From a virus, in the IMG/VR virus record IMGVR_UViG_3300045988_159113: DNA of 64,000 nucleotides. One strand, written 5' to 3'. Every line of letters begins with the position of its first letter. Position 1 is the first letter of the stretch. The notes beneath the pieces were generated by a model. That model made no database searches and had not been told where the DNA came from. It saw only the letters and a list, made by a program, of their open reading frames with translations. This document shows positions 23,601 through 35,818 of the stretch, in pieces. The position numbers and the translations under genes are program-made.

Positions 23601-26600
23601 AATATCATCAGCACCTATCGCATAGTCTTGGAATTCGTACCATATACCGTCCAGTTTGACAAGCAGATTTTGGTATGGCGTGGCTGGTATAGTCCCGTCT
23701 TTATTCATCTGACCGTTTACATGGAAAGTAACAGATGGATATTCTTCGTCTTTTTTCAGTAGATCATTCGAATAAGCACACGGTGAACTTGTCTCCACAT
23801 TATAACCTCTGCCATCTGTGGATATTCCATAAATGGAAACGTTGAGACTATACTTGTTTTTTGTTATAGATGCCGATATGGCAGAACCTTCTGCGTACTG
23901 GTAGATGATATCCCCGTTTTTATAAGTGGTAGGATTCAAGAGTGTCATATCGTTTTCACTGTATACCTACTCTACAAATTCGAGATTTTCCTAATTATAA
24001 GAGTCAGCGAATCCAGCCTCTCCATATTCAAGACCCTTGAGCCTGTATTTATTGTACCTTGCATCTCCACTTCCTGTGCTCCATGTGTTATCTACGCCAT
24101 ACTTCATAGGTTCATCACACGCAATAGTGCAGAGCTAGAGTTCCTTTCCCTTCGAGTCGTCGAAAATCTTAAACTCTCCCTTCTTATCATACTGAATTCT
24201 TATTGGTGTCATAGAATCCTCTATGATTACATCAGTTGCCAAGCACTGAGCCAGCGCGTAGTACCACTCATAAGCCGGCAATTTATTGCCGCCTATGTTT
24301 TTTATGGTTCTCTTGCTGTCGTAGAAGTGCTGAAAATATGAAGTGTAGATGTTCTGCTGTTTTACATCTTTCGCCCAATTGAAAGTGTTATGGTCAGATG
24401 TTGTAGATGGAAATATGGGGATATCTGTTGTATTCCCTAAGTGGATTATTTTATCCTATAGTCCGTGTTCGTCTATTTCTTTTTCAGCCAAGAAAACACC
24501 ACCAAGTCTACACTCATTATTTCCTGCTGTGCTTCTACCGTTTAAGGTTATCATGCAGTATTGCTAGCCTGCGGAATTTTGATATCTGTAATTAAAGACT
24601 GCCAGTTTCCTTTTTTCCCAACCATCATAGATGCAGTTGCCCATCATCGAGATATCCTGGTTGAGTTCTTGCTGCCACATGACCGTTATGGCACGGCTAC
24701 TGTCGCTGTCTAACTTGTCAAAGAATGCGAGGACTTTATCAGGTAATGAGAACAGTCTCTGATAGTATCCATTGAGAAGTACGCCCTGGCTTCCTATTTT
24801 CTGAGGGTAAAAGTTGGGGTAGTCTTCGCGCCACTATGCATCCATAAACTGGAACCCTGCGCTGCAAAATGACTCGTACATATGATACGGCATTTTGACT
24901 TTCACATTCATCCCTCCAACATTTACATCCACCTCTTGCTCAACATTTATACTTGGAAGGAAAGACTCCTCGCATATATTCGTCGCGTATCCCTAAGCAA
25001 TAAGTGTAGGAATTCGTTTCTGCCTTACGAAAAAGTACCCTTTGTAATTTTCCGCATTTGGCATTTTCTGTGTAAAAGAGAAATGAACACCAACAACTTG
25101 CATAAGGTCAGAGATGACCGATTCATTGATGCGACAGACACCTTTGATATTGTAAGGGTAGGCTTCACTGTATATATCACTAAAACTTACGTTATCTTTA
25201 GATGTACCAGATGTACAGTATGGCTTACTCTCTTCGAGTTCGATATTCTCAAAGTTGATAATTGGAAGATCACCCTTTGTTTTCATATTGTTCACTCCGA
25301 GCACATCGAAAACAGAAGTGAAAGAGTTGTCTTTTCTTATATATACAATGCCAAAACGGTAGATCTCGCCAGGATGATATCCTGTGAACTTGTACGTGAA
25401 ATCACTGTTGTAATATGAATTATTTTCTCCCTCGTATGAGTAATCACTAGCCATATTGACTTTTTTATCCACTACTGCATACGGAATAATAGAGAGGCTG
25501 TAATTCTTCAGTTTCTCGTATTCTTTATTTTCCTGATTTTCCTATGTAAGGTTAGCCTAAAACAAGATGTTGCTAACCATAGCCTGAGATTTTACTTTAT
25601 CGGCGTTGAAATACTAGACATTGATATCGTTGGTTGTTATCTGTTGCGTGTTCTCGAAGCCAGTGATAAAAATATCTGTCTTGTCATCTTCAACGTAAAA
25701 CACATCGTCTATTTTATATGCTGACGTTATAAGGTTCTCATTATTGGCAGAGCTTGCCCTAGTGTAGCATATCTTGATATATTTAATGTTATCAGTGCCA
25801 ATAAGTCGAAGCTTGACGGATTTATCAGTTCGCATATTCTCCGATCCTCCGTTTATACTGAAAGGGTCGCCATCTGTTCCGATAAAGACAGGAATAACTC
25901 CGGACTCAGCTATTATATCTGACTCGTTGCCGTCTTTATCACAAGCGATAGCATAGAAAACATAATTTCCCACCATCAGCTTACCATCTGTACCAAGTCC
26001 AAGGTATGCAAAATTGACAATCTTATCCGTGTCATTATACAAAGAGGTGCTGATATCAAAAGCTGTCTCATCATATAACGGATGCCTGTTTGTGTTATTT
26101 TTGCCGAAACGGTCGATAATGTGATAAGTTCCGTCTTCCTATACAGCAAAGCCTGTGTTTATTATTCTCGGCTTATTCTTATTGTCTGTAAGTATCAAGT
26201 TGATACTTCCGTCGTAGCTATTGTCAACGTTAATCTCTACGGGATGCTATAAATCAAAACGGAAATATTCAGTACGGAGAGGATAGCCTGTCTCATCTCC
26301 GTCTTTGTCAATCTTTCCAACATGAAGAGGTTGATATTTATTGACGAGTTTATTTTTTGGACTGTCATAATCAGGAGATGGGAAAGATCCAATTTCTCCT
26401 ATCCCGTCTTTCGTAACGCTTACAATATACATAATGCGCCCGAAAGTCTTAGCTCCAATAGGTATAGCTCCATCAGGGAGCTTTGCATACTAGACGTTGT
26501 TGTCCTCGTCTCTGTATGTAATCTTGGCATTACCCATATCATTTTGGAGCAGCTGCTCGTTGCCGTTGAATGTCGACATTGTGGCATTCAAAGCATCAGT

Positions 26601-26678
26601 GAGGATATTATCGGGAACCGTTCCGACGTTGTAGTCCATAACGATCCCACCCTCGAATGTGTTCTGGGCGTATTCCAT
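20673..26678 (-). CDS. Very large tail-associated structural protein (2,001 aa with TAG=Gln); candidate tail hub / stabilisation-type protein by position
   Basis: Ten track ORFs from 26490..26678 down to 20673..21098 share one frame and are separated by TAG. Gaps 23004..23315 and 23949..24992 were scanned codon by codon: TAG only, no TAA/TGA. ATG 26676-26678; TGA 20673-20675 overlaps the next ATG. Confidence 0.75.
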
Positions 26679-26691
26679 ATTTTATTTTTTT

Positions 26692-27237
26692 TTAAAAATG
26701 TTTATGCCTCAAACCAAAACGTACGCATAGATTGCGGTATTCGATAATCATTCGCCGCCTGGTTGTTTTTGGCCTGTACAATATCAATTGAAAACGTGAG
26801 ATATGAAGTTTGAAATTCCACCATACGATCCTATGCTGAGTGAAGCACTTAGGCATTTCTACACGGAAAATTCGTTTTGACTAGTGCGTGCTTATGATAC
26901 ACTCCTCAAGTATTCTATACAATGTGATCTTCCCAAAATCAAACTGTGTCCTGAGATGGCACCTTCGTTGGTTCATGTATTTCTTGTACTTGGTAGTTCC
27001 CAAAGCGAAATAATAGTAGCACGGCTCATTGTCATCCTGTTTTTTAGCGTATCGATAATATAAAGTTCTGATCTTTTTTATTAATTTCTGCCTGTAATAT
27101 GACTCATATGCTTTTTCTGTCTGTTGCACTGGGCCTATTACTATAGGATGATTGTATGCCTTCTCCTACACTATCACATCGTGCCCTTTTGATATTGTCC
27201 TTGCTATCGCAGACATACCAAACGATAATATATTCAT
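26692..27237 (-). CDS. Basic hypothetical protein (about 181 aa; start uncertain, could be 27318); possible second HU/IHF-like protein
   Basis: One minus frame stays open from ~27318 to TAA 26692-26694 apart from TAG at 27166 and 26881. It includes track ORF 26881..27129 and ends 13 nt before the next gene's ATG. The segment FDFGKITLYRI weakly resembles the HU/IHF beta-arm entry. Confidence 0.4.
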
Positions 27238-27289
27238 CAGGTCTCTTTCTGATAGCAGTTTGTTTTTCCTTCTTACTCTTTTGACTGTA

Positions 27290-27772
27290 TTATATACTTG
27301 CCTGTATTTCATGATCATAGGTCATTCCTTCATTCAACAATTCTGCTAAAAGCTTATCGGTATCGTCGTCGAGTGTTATAATCTTCTCGAATGTCCTTGT
27401 CCCTGATTCGACATAAAAAAATGGGTAGTATGCAGTCATGGCACATTGTGCAATATCCACATCTTTGAAATATCCTTTTCGCGCCATCTCGTTAAACTGC
27501 TCGCCTTTGAATCGTTTCATGTATATTGTGATCTTGTAAGATCCAAAACGTCCAACGAACATATTCCCGGTCATCATCACCTCTTTGACTATGTTATAGA
27601 ACATATTTTGAAAAAGATTTCTGACATATCCTCCCGGATCATTAATTCCTGCAAGCTTGAGTCCGACGCCTCCTAGGATTGTTTTATCTTCCCATTTCTT
27701 AGCTATCTCATCAAGATCGAAAGCGTAACCGTAAGCGTTCCTATTATGGCAAGCTTTCCCGTGGTTCTTCAT
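27290..27772 (-). CDS. Hypothetical protein, possible HU/IHF-like DNA-bending protein (160 aa)
   Basis: Intact track ORF; its ATG overlaps the upstream TGA (ATGA at 27769-27772). The segment IVKEVMMTGNMFVGRFGSYKITIYMKRFKG resembles the HU/IHF helix-2/beta-arm pattern. crAss-like phages are known to carry IHF-like genes in this module. Weak call. Confidence 0.45.
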   Translation of the reverse strand: MKNHGKACHNRNAYGYAFDLDEIAKKWEDKTILGGVGLKLAGINDPGGYVRNLFQNMFYNIVKEVMMTGNMFVGRFGSYKITIYMKRFKGEQFNEMARKGYFKDVDIAQCAMTAYYPFFYVESGTRTFEKIITLDDDTDKLLAELLNEGMTYDHEIQASI

Positions 27773-28464
27773 TTCGTCGTCGGTTTATACGATTTACCGT
27801 ACAGTTTACGATTCCAGTTTGTCTTTGCGTCAAGTATCGTATCCATCATGTTCTGGTCTATCTGCTGCGGTACTCGTGCATGATCGCATTTAATCAGCCA
27901 CATCTGCCTTAACTGATTCGCAATTTCCAGTAGGTTTGCATTCATGGTCGTTATGCCTTCTTTGTATTTAGTGACATATGAGACATAAACAGCCAAAGCG
28001 TCGACCTCATTATCCGTAAGGTATGGCAAACCGTCATCATCGAGTTCCTGGCCTTCGTATAAGATATCAACTTCAGGATAGGGAAATTCAAAATATAACT
28101 TTTCACCAATCCGTGTATAATGTATCAGCTTACCTTTTGCATATGTTGGATCATGAAATATTTTCATAGCTTCAGTGTACGATTCCGTGAACATACTAGC
28201 AACATCTCCGTTGCTGTTTATTCCGTCGACGTTCTTGTAGTCTTCCATCGGGATCGTTACAGCTTCTATATTTTCAACATTGCATGGCAATTCTACACTG
28301 TTATCTTCTTTGTTAACAGGCAAAACGATATGATAATATCTAACGTTTTGGTTGCCTATGTCATGGTAGCCAATAAGTGCGAGTTCTTCAAACTCGCTCT
28401 CGTCTGTAAATTCTACGCCATACAACAGGTGCGCCTGGTACATGGCTTCCTTAAAATTTCTCAT
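27769..28464 (-). CDS. Virion structural protein, unknown function (231 aa)
   Basis: Intact track ORF with no TAG. Translationally coupled at both ends: TAATG at 28462-28466 and ATGA at 27769-27772. Confidence 0.75.
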   Translation of the reverse strand: MRNFKEAMYQAHLLYGVEFTDESEFEELALIGYHDIGNQNVRYYHIVLPVNKEDNSVELPCNVENIEAVTIPMEDYKNVDGINSNGDVASMFTESYTEAMKIFHDPTYAKGKLIHYTRIGEKLYFEFPYPEVDILYEGQELDDDGLPYLTDNEVDALAVYVSYVTKYKEGITTMNANLLEIANQLRQMWLIKCDHARVPQQIDQNMMDTILDAKTNWNRKLYGKSYKPTTK

Positions 28465-29150
28465 TATCCTTCAGCGTATGCCTGATTGTTCGGTAAAATC
28501 TGAGTCTTCATCTGTCTGTAAATGTTAACTTTCTACTGAACAATTCGTTTTTGTATTTCTTCATCTATCCAAGAGTACTGATTGGCCAGGTCTTCATTGC
28601 AGCATCCAAGTTCTTCCACCTGTCTCAAGTCTTTGAACATTGCGACCATCGTGATCGTCTTCATAAGTGGAGCATTGAAAACGTAGCAGTCATACATGCC
28701 GTTTTCGTTTGGTGTTGTATCAATGAAGATATACGGCTTGTTTTTTCCTCTTCTCTTGTATTTATGGTACAGACTCCACTATGCAATGCTTGTGTAAACC
28801 TCAAATGGATTCTGTCTGTCAGGGCTTCCAACATAAGCTATCGACTTGATCCCGAAATCAGTGATGATTTGCGGAATCTCGAAATGCATGATAAGTTCGC
28901 CCTTCTTCTTATTGCTGCAAATAGGGCATCGTTCGATGTCCTTACAGTCGATGTTGATACAGTTAATAGACAGCAATAAATCACGACTAGGCAATACTCC
29001 GTTCATCTGGTATTCCTTAATAACTTTTAGCCTTGTCTGTACTATCTCATCCTCTATCTGTTCAATAGTCAAAGACATATTAGCGTGAGCACCGCGAAGT
29101 CCTGAGATTATGTCGTTCTGTATCCTTGATGCTAGCTTGTCGTAAATCAT
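28464..29150 (-). CDS. Virion structural protein, unknown function (228 aa, TAG at 28779 and 28533)
   Basis: Track ORF 28779..29150 continues in frame through TAG. Hand translation down to TAA 28464-28466 shows no other stop. Confidence 0.7.
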
Positions 29151-29160
29151 GATATAAAAA

Positions 29161-29194
29161 CAAAAAAGCGGAAGGCGTTGTTGCGCCCTCCGCC
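29161..29194 (-). terminator. Rho-independent terminator
   Basis: Hairpin gcggaaggcg/cgccctccgc (29168-29193), followed on the minus strand by a T-run (plus caaaaaa at 29161-29167). Confidence 0.65.
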
Positions 29195-29224
29195 TAAAAC
29201 TTAAATTTTACGTTTATTAGAGAA

Positions 29225-30223
29225 TCAATCCTTCTTCTTTGCCTTCACTACGGGCTCGTGTGTATAGTCAGCGGTAGTATAAGCTACTACGTTGCCATCT
29301 ACCTTCTTAGCAAGAGCTACCTCAAAGTTGCTGGCCTCATCGGTACCAACAAAAGCCTTGATGAACTTCTCTTCTGCTACGTCTGCGGGAACCCAGAATA
29401 CGTGGGTTGTCTCGCTGGTTACTTGCTGACCAACAGCACCCATACCACCAACATGACCGCGGTGTACGGTGTAGTGGATGGTGATCTGATCGTACAGAAC
29501 ACCTGGACGGGGCATCTCGTCTGCCTGAGGACGCTTCCAGCGAAGGTTGGCAGCAGTGGGAAGGCGATAATCCTTCTCGAGATTCTCGAAGGTACCGAAG
29601 CCCTCAGCGCCAGTGTAAACGCCAGACTCCTTGAGGTCAGAGATTACATCCCAGCCGCCATTCTCGTTCTCCTGCTCCAGAACAGCCTTGGTGATGCGCA
29701 TGTACTCGTTAGCACATACAATAGCCTTTGCAGTCTTAGCATCGGCTGTGGGCTCTGCGTCAGCAGCTGTTACGGTGCTCTTCAGACCCTCAGCAGTAAG
29801 CTTTGCGGAGAGATCTGCAGCTGTAGGAATCAAAATCTGATGGTCGAAAGTAACGTTCAGGTACTTGTTCAGATTCTTGATAAGTGTAGCCTTAACGTCG
29901 TCCGTCTGCTCAGAGTGGAACTCTACAAATACGGGACGGCCCTTGTGAACCAAATCATTGGCAAACATGGGGTCAGCATTACCGATAGATGTGATGTAAA
30001 GAGCGAGACGGTAGTTCTCAGTGCCAAGCTGGGGCAGAGAATCCAAGTTCAGAACATCAAGGTAGCCCTCGTGGCCCTTAGACCAGTAAAGGCAGATGTG
30101 ATGGTTAGCATCGTTGCGATATACACCCTGACGGTAAATCTCAACCTGCTTGTTAGCCTTGTCAGCGACAATCTTCTTGTAAAGGTCGCCATTCCAAAGA
30201 GTGGTACTAGTAAATTCGTACAT
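29225..30223 (-). CDS. Abundant-looking virion protein, unknown function (332 aa, GC-richer, no TAG)
   Basis: Intact track ORF, ATG to TGA. Strong codon bias produces a 338-aa antisense shadow ORF (29258..30274). A terminator follows immediately downstream. Confidence 0.8.
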   Translation of the reverse strand: MYEFTSTTLWNGDLYKKIVADKANKQVEIYRQGVYRNDANHHICLYWSKGHEGYLDVLNLDSLPQLGTENYRLALYITSIGNADPMFANDLVHKGRPVFVEFHSEQTDDVKATLIKNLNKYLNVTFDHQILIPTAADLSAKLTAEGLKSTVTAADAEPTADAKTAKAIVCANEYMRITKAVLEQENENGGWDVISDLKESGVYTGAEGFGTFENLEKDYRLPTAANLRWKRPQADEMPRPGVLYDQITIHYTVHRGHVGGMGAVGQQVTSETTHVFWVPADVAEEKFIKAFVGTDEASNFEVALAKKVDGNVVAYTTADYTHEPVVKAKKKD

Positions 30224-30286
30224 AGTTTTTTGTGTTTTGTGGTTGTCTCTACAACCGTTAAAAATATGATCTGAGAATTAATAATC

Positions 30287-30664
30287 TTATGACTACGTAG
30301 CGGCAGGACTAGCTATACTCTACGAAACAGCCGCATGAGTTTGCAATCGCTGGTCACTAGCATTTTCCATTATCAGATGCACGATCTCGTTAACTATCTC
30401 ATTACATCCGTAATCTGGAAATTCCAAGACTTGCGATGTATCGATCTAGCTGTCAAGTTCGTCCTGTGTTAATCTTATAGTTTGTGGTGTCTTTAAATAA
30501 TCGACAACCACAGAATCCAGTTTGTATATTCGATCGTCGCCATATCGGATTTCCATCCGTGGCTTGCTGGCATTACCAAAACGATAGCCTGCTTGACGGT
30601 CAACCGTACTTGCGGAATCTGATCCGTACTGGACAGTACGGGGAAAAGAAACAATCTATCCCAT
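30287..30664 (-). CDS. Small virion protein (125 aa) visible only with TAG=Gln (four TAG)
   Basis: Hand translation gives MGQIVSFPRTVQYGSDS...RMEIRYGDDRIYKLDSVVVDYLKTPQTIRLTQDELDSQIDTSQVLEFPDYGCNEIVNEIVHLIMENASDQRLQTH... ATG 30662-30664, TAA 30287-29. Protein-like sequence with no ORF on the standard-code track. Confidence 0.6.
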
Positions 30665-30666
30665 AC

Positions 30667-30684
30667 GGCAACAATTATAGTATT
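30667..30684 (-). promoter_or_regulatory. Promoter-like motif, copy 2 (AAAAAAAATACTATAATTGTTGCC)
   Basis: The TATAAT ends about 12 nt before ATG 30664, implying a very short leader if this is a promoter. Confidence 0.4.
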
Positions 30685-30696
30685 TTTTTTATTAAA

Positions 30697-33600
30697 TTAA
30701 AGTCCAGGATTAAATTTATCATAAGAATCCGGAAGTGTTGAATTTCCGACTGTTGAAATAATTTCTCCCTCTTGCTTTAAACATCTTATAATATTCTCGC
30801 TTATCCAGAACATCCCGAAATAGTAGCTATTAGAAGACGAAGCTGTTAAGTCATTTAAAACCTTCTAGTCCTCTATGGTTAAAGAATGAGGAACAAATGA
30901 GATGTCAAAATTACTATTCGTGTAATCTGTCGTAGCATCAGCTCCTGGCTAATAATCACCGAAGCCACCAGTCGTTACGCGGACCATGTCGTAGAACGTT
31001 TCGATTTTTCCATATTTATTTTCTTTGTCATATCGTCTATTTGGCAAGACTGTGAAAATATAAGTGTTGTTATTTGGGTCAGTTTTGTCTTCGTCTTTTA
31101 TATTAACACCCCACATGTTGAAATACTTATCTATAGACTCAACAGCCATGCTATGCCTTAAAAGATCAGAATAGCTGATTCTCAAATCAACATTAAATTC
31201 GTCATATTTAGTCATTGCCGTCGTATCGTAAGCCAAACTACCACGCAAAAATACACCACCGCCGCATTTCAAATTGACGCATCTGATTCTTACGTTAGTC
31301 GTTCTATATTGATTGACAAACCTGATATACTGGCTGACATCGTCGGTAGTAGTTAATCCTCGACTACTGAATGTATCCTAAATAACTAATCCAGATTCTC
31401 CATTACTCCATGGCTATTGTTTGTAAAGATAGGCTGGCATATCTATGACTAACGACTCGTTATTTTGGTTTGCTTCCCTTGTGTCATAAATCAAAACATT
31501 CGGGCCGTACTTTGTAAAATTGAAGTAATACCAAACATTTCCGCTTGAGTCTGTGCTCTTTTCCAAATCAACTACGTTGATTCTTACCTCGCTCGTACTA
31601 GTAGCTAACCCGTTAATCTTAGAGTCAACACCGCTACAAACAACGCGTCCGTCGGCATATACTTTAAACGCTGCATTTTTGCCAACTGTACCGCCAGCAG
31701 CTCCTCCAACTCCTGTTTTCTTACCATCTATCATTTGGTAATCTCCAACCCAAAGTACCAAATTGTCTTCTTTTGTTCCAGGTTCTTTGAATGTTTCTGA
31801 CTCGCTATCACACATACCGCCGATATATCCATTTTGAACATTTCCGTCATACTTTAGTAGTATCTCACGTGCAGATATACCGTTTGTATCTATAGCGTTT
31901 GCTATCATTGTCTCGGTAATAAGTGCGCCAAACTGGTCGGCTTGTTGCCAATATCCACCACTAGTTTTCGGGTTCTCTCCCATACTATTCGCCTTTGCCT
32001 GATAGTACTTTTTATCATACGTTACAACGTCTATATACTTCAAACCTGTAGTATTCCAGCCGTCTCCCGTATATTCCCATTCCTTTTTCGCTTCATTCCA
32101 CGTTTCGACTCCGTTATACTGTGATTGATAGCAATATCTCTTGGTAGCATTCCATTCACCTAAAAAACGGATCTGTGAACCAGGCAGACCAGGGCTTCCA
32201 TTATTGCCGTCTTTTCCAGGTTTACCATCGTCTCCTTTATCACCTTTCTAGCCAGGCAAGATAGCCGTAATTGTTTTAGTAGCAACAAGTGTAGACTTAC
32301 CATTTACCAAACAATAAACGGAAAGATTAAAGCCTTTATTTATAAGAGAAACAGCACCATCTGGTCCGGTTGCTATATTCTGGCTACCGAAGACATTATA
32401 TTTATTCTTGTAAATATCATAGGTATACGTTAACTTATTTTCAGATATATTAAGAGTACCATTTTCAGAAGTTGTTGAATAGTCCTTGAAATCCGTGCTG
32501 CATTTAATTTCTGAACCATACGAATAATAGCCAAAATAAAAATCATAGTCGTGATTGTCAAGATTGGCGTATCCTGTCAGCGTTCTGTTAGGTGATGCTC
32601 CTTTTAACTACGTCACTTTTCCTGCGTAGATTTTAGTGAGTGAAATTTGCAGAGGTTCCTAAGTTGACAACATACGGCCTAGACTATCAACAGGGAAAGA
32701 GTCATAGTTTAAATTAAGGACATACTGCGAGCCGTCTTTTGGGTTTACATACATTCCAACGTTTCCGTAGTCGTGAATCTGTCCTTCTATCCAAAGGCAA
32801 AACTAAAGGCTATAATTAGTAAACTTAGACTCGTCAATATCAAACGTAAGCGTGAGCTCCTTATTGCTATTCCCAAGTGCAAGCTTCATATTCTATATGC
32901 CAGAACCTACAATAGCGTTGGATGTGATAGCATCCAAGAACTAAACATGAACGCCAGAACTCAAACCTATCGTCATGCCCTTGCCATAAATTATATCATT
33001 AGTAAAGGCTACCTGTTCAATCTTACCGTTGATATTTTTATTTACGTAGAACTTCACAGAATACGTGCTGGTCTCGTTCTCGTCATTCTTATCAATACCT
33101 AGGGCTGTTGCAGAACAAAGCAAATCATAAGTCTCACCGTTTACACTCTTGACACTTGTGATAGTTTGCTAAACATTCCCGCTATACTCTTTGCCATCCA
33201 TCTAGAAAGATACCGAAACATTAACGACATCATCACTGATGAGTTCCTGAAATCTATATCCGATAATCTTATAGTTGCCATTTTTAGCATCTGCAAAGGG
33301 CATATCATCATGGTCTTCAACAATAGCCAATAGGCTGGAATCATTAGTGCATGCAATATTTGTAATACGTACATCTGTAACATCACCCTTGCCTCGTACG
33401 TCTGGATAGGTTGCAGTACGCATCTTGATGTTGTTTTTAATGACTTCATCTTTTCCTGTTCCAAACCACATCTCCGGCATTGTTATGTATTCATTCGTAA
33501 GGCTTATGTCGTACTGATTGAATCCAGGACCTACAACAGCTGATTCGCGGACAATACGGATTTCCTGAGACTTCACGTCGATATTGTTATCTGATACTAC

Positions 33601-34599
33601 AACGCGGATAACTTCGCCAGTCTTGAAATATTTTTCATTGTATGCTACGTCATTATATACTGCCTGCAGTGTATAATTAGCACCACCCAGTGTTATTTCA
33701 CTCTGAGGCCCGAATTTATAGAGTCCTTTATCACTTCCCTATTCTGTAAGCGTTATAGGTGATTTAACGTACTTATCATTTTCTATGTGAGAATAGTAAG
33801 CTCTAACCCTTGCAGTTGCTGGTATGTCATGCTTCTCGTCATTATACGGATCAATAGCATCAACATCTATAAACAACTCAGGTATTACTCCACTCGATGG
33901 AATGTATAGACTCTCGGGTGATATTTGTATCATATAGGCAAGGCTTGACTTACTCGACTATATGCTCATCGGTAATAATCCACTCGTCGATTCGTAGCTG
34001 TACGTTATTGTAAGTGCAGCATCAACGACTGTGTGCATACCCGCGCCTGCGTTGAACTCTAAAAAGGCAATATAGCAACCTCTCGCAACATCGTAGCCAT
34101 ACGTTAACTTGTAAGTGTTGCCGTCTTGTAATAGTTGCAACTGGAAAGCATCGCCTGGGTCTTGTTCTAACTGTTTCCCTTTATAGATAACAGAGATAGA
34201 TGTTCTTGTCGCGCGCTTCAATACATCATTATCACATTCCCCGTTTGCATTTGTCGGAACAGAGAAAAAGTTATTCGAGGCGTAGACCTAAGTGGCTAAC
34301 TATACAGGAACATCTGAACCACCGCCGCTTTCTGTAATCTTCTGAGTCCAACCCATAGAGAAGTCGCCATTCTTGTACCACCAGTACTCCTTAGGACATC
34401 CTGCTTCTTTTTCGACCGCAATAGTCAAACCCGCTGGAATCTATGACTCTGCAATGCCCAACTCCTTTGTGATCTCATTGACAATAGTGCCATTGGTGAA
34501 TGCTTCATAACTCCAAGGGCCATAGAAAGAGTTCACATTTGGACGCAGAACACCGTCTGCCATAGACATAAACCCATAGTCAAATTGTTTTGATTTCAT
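30697..34599 (-). CDS. Tail fibre/spike-like protein with a short collagen-like G-X-Y segment (1,300 aa, many TAG)
   Basis: Track ORFs 33958..34221, 33739..33933, 33202..33576, 32941..33123, 31414..32043 and 30949..31272 share one frame. Gap 32044..32940 was scanned codon by codon: TAG only. KGDKGDDGKPGKDGNNGSPGLPGS at ~32165-32250. ATG 34597-34599; TAA 30697-30699. Confidence 0.75.
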
Positions 34600-34601
34600 A
34601 G

Positions 34602-35753
34602 TTATGATTTTTTGAAAGTGAAAATATAGTGATTGTTCATGTATGGGATTGATGTTTTGAAATAGATATCTCTAATGTGTCCGGCATTTTTATCAACACC
34701 TTCTACGAACAGATTTTTCACAGACTGCCCTAAGATATCAATAACTTCAAACAAGGTATAGCCAGATGGTACTTTTATACCAAATGAGCGCTTTTTTGTA
34801 GTATCTACGATAATCTGGACACTATCACGTGTTGCGGGGATTAGTTCAGCGTTATCGTAATCGTTGTCATTTACCAGCTTCTTCTGCTCTTCTAATATGA
34901 CAAGCTTGAAATTCTTTTCTGCTGGTGCAATAAAGCCAGCCTACTGAACAGCAATCATAGTCGTTTTATCTGAGTTATATTGCCAGAATTTCACATATAC
35001 AGTTTTTGCTGCGTCTGTATTAGATGATACCTTTAATTTAAAAGATGCCTCTGTCTTGTTCATGATTTCCCAACCTTCCGGTAAGGTGCTAGATAAACTA
35101 AAGCCTACAGCTTGCCCGTTCTTATCCAGACTGTCAACGGTAAAACTCAACACCCCACCCTCTGCCGGGATATTCGCAATGTCTGGCGTAATAGTAAAAC
35201 GTGAAAGGTCAGTATCTGACATATATGGATCTGTACCCTCGATAAGGTTTCCGTCCTCATCGTATTTAAACGGATTAGTAGGCATAGATTCCGAACTATT
35301 CACATTGTGTATATAATAGTAAGGGTGACGATACTATGGCCTAGTGTATGCGTTCCTGCTGATAGTAGGGAATATGTCAGCCGTCAACCTTGTAGCGCCA
35401 TATTCAACATAACGCCCGGCTTCGTCACACCTATTGTTCTTGTCTGTTTTGAAAATACAGGTGCAATTCAAAATGTGTAGGTAATCATCAGGAAGATTTA
35501 CCTGATAAGTTCCACGTCTGAATGGGCTATTCCCGTATTTATCGCACTTTTCAGGCTTTAATATAGCCGTACTTTTCAACACTCGCAAGTCGTCCGAGGT
35601 CTGCTGATCCATCTCGTACGGTGTGTAGCGCTTGTTGATGTACTACTATATACCCTTATTGCTTAGATAGTTAAAATCTGACAGCAGCAACGTCCCTGCG
35701 TTAACCTTATTGAGCTCTGTCAGCACATGCTCGTACAATTGCTTCGATGTCAT
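34602..35753 (-). CDS. Structural protein with a BACON/Ig-like domain (383 aa, TAG at 35646, 35643, 35334, 34941)
   Basis: Track ORFs 35334..35612 and 34941..35303 are in the same frame. Hand translation extends from ATG 35751-35753 to TAA 34602-34604. The segment FTITPDIANIPAEGGVLSFTVDS...ASFKLKVSSNTDAAKTVYVKF looks like a BACON-type Ig fold. Confidence 0.65.
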
Positions 35754-35765
35754 TTTTCTCTCTTT

Positions 35766-35806
35766 AAACAAAAAGCCACATACACTATTCGAAAGTATAT
35801 GTGGCT
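35766..35806 (-). terminator. Rho-independent terminator
   Basis: Hairpin gccacata..tatgtggc (about 35775-35805) with a minus-strand T-run (plus aaacaaaaa). Confidence 0.65.
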
Positions 35807-35818
35807 TTTCAAAATTGA

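Noticed and set aside
26804-26881. Short plus-strand ORF MKFEIPPYDPMLSEALRHFYTENSF in the apparently empty stretch 26700-26880.
   Set aside because: The opposite strand keeps one frame open (TAG excepted) across the whole 26692-27318 interval and ends just before the next gene's ATG, a more economical explanation. A 25-aa plus ORF has no supporting signals.
29258-30274. 338-aa plus-strand ORF, the longest plus-strand ORF in the window. Similar long plus ORFs lie at 10430..10861, 55976..56557, 11863..12369, 24882..25418 and 699..959.
   Set aside because: Each lies exactly antisense to a strongly codon-biased or low-complexity minus-strand gene and has odd composition (Leu/Val/Ser/Cys-rich or Pro/Gly runs). 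None has start/stop coupling with neighbours. Every well-supported gene is on the minus strand. I treat them as shadow ORFs.
30287-35753. Idea that 34602..35753 (N-terminal part) and 30287..30664 (C-terminal part, ..MEIRYGDD...VDYLKTPQTIRLTQDELD..LEFPDYGCNEIVNE..) are two halves of one ancestral adaptor-type gene, split by insertion of the 1,300-aa fibre gene.
   Set aside because: This rests only on my impression that the two pieces resemble the front and back of a single family. I cannot name the family or verify it without a profile search. Both ORFs have their own plausible start and stop, so I list them as separate genes.
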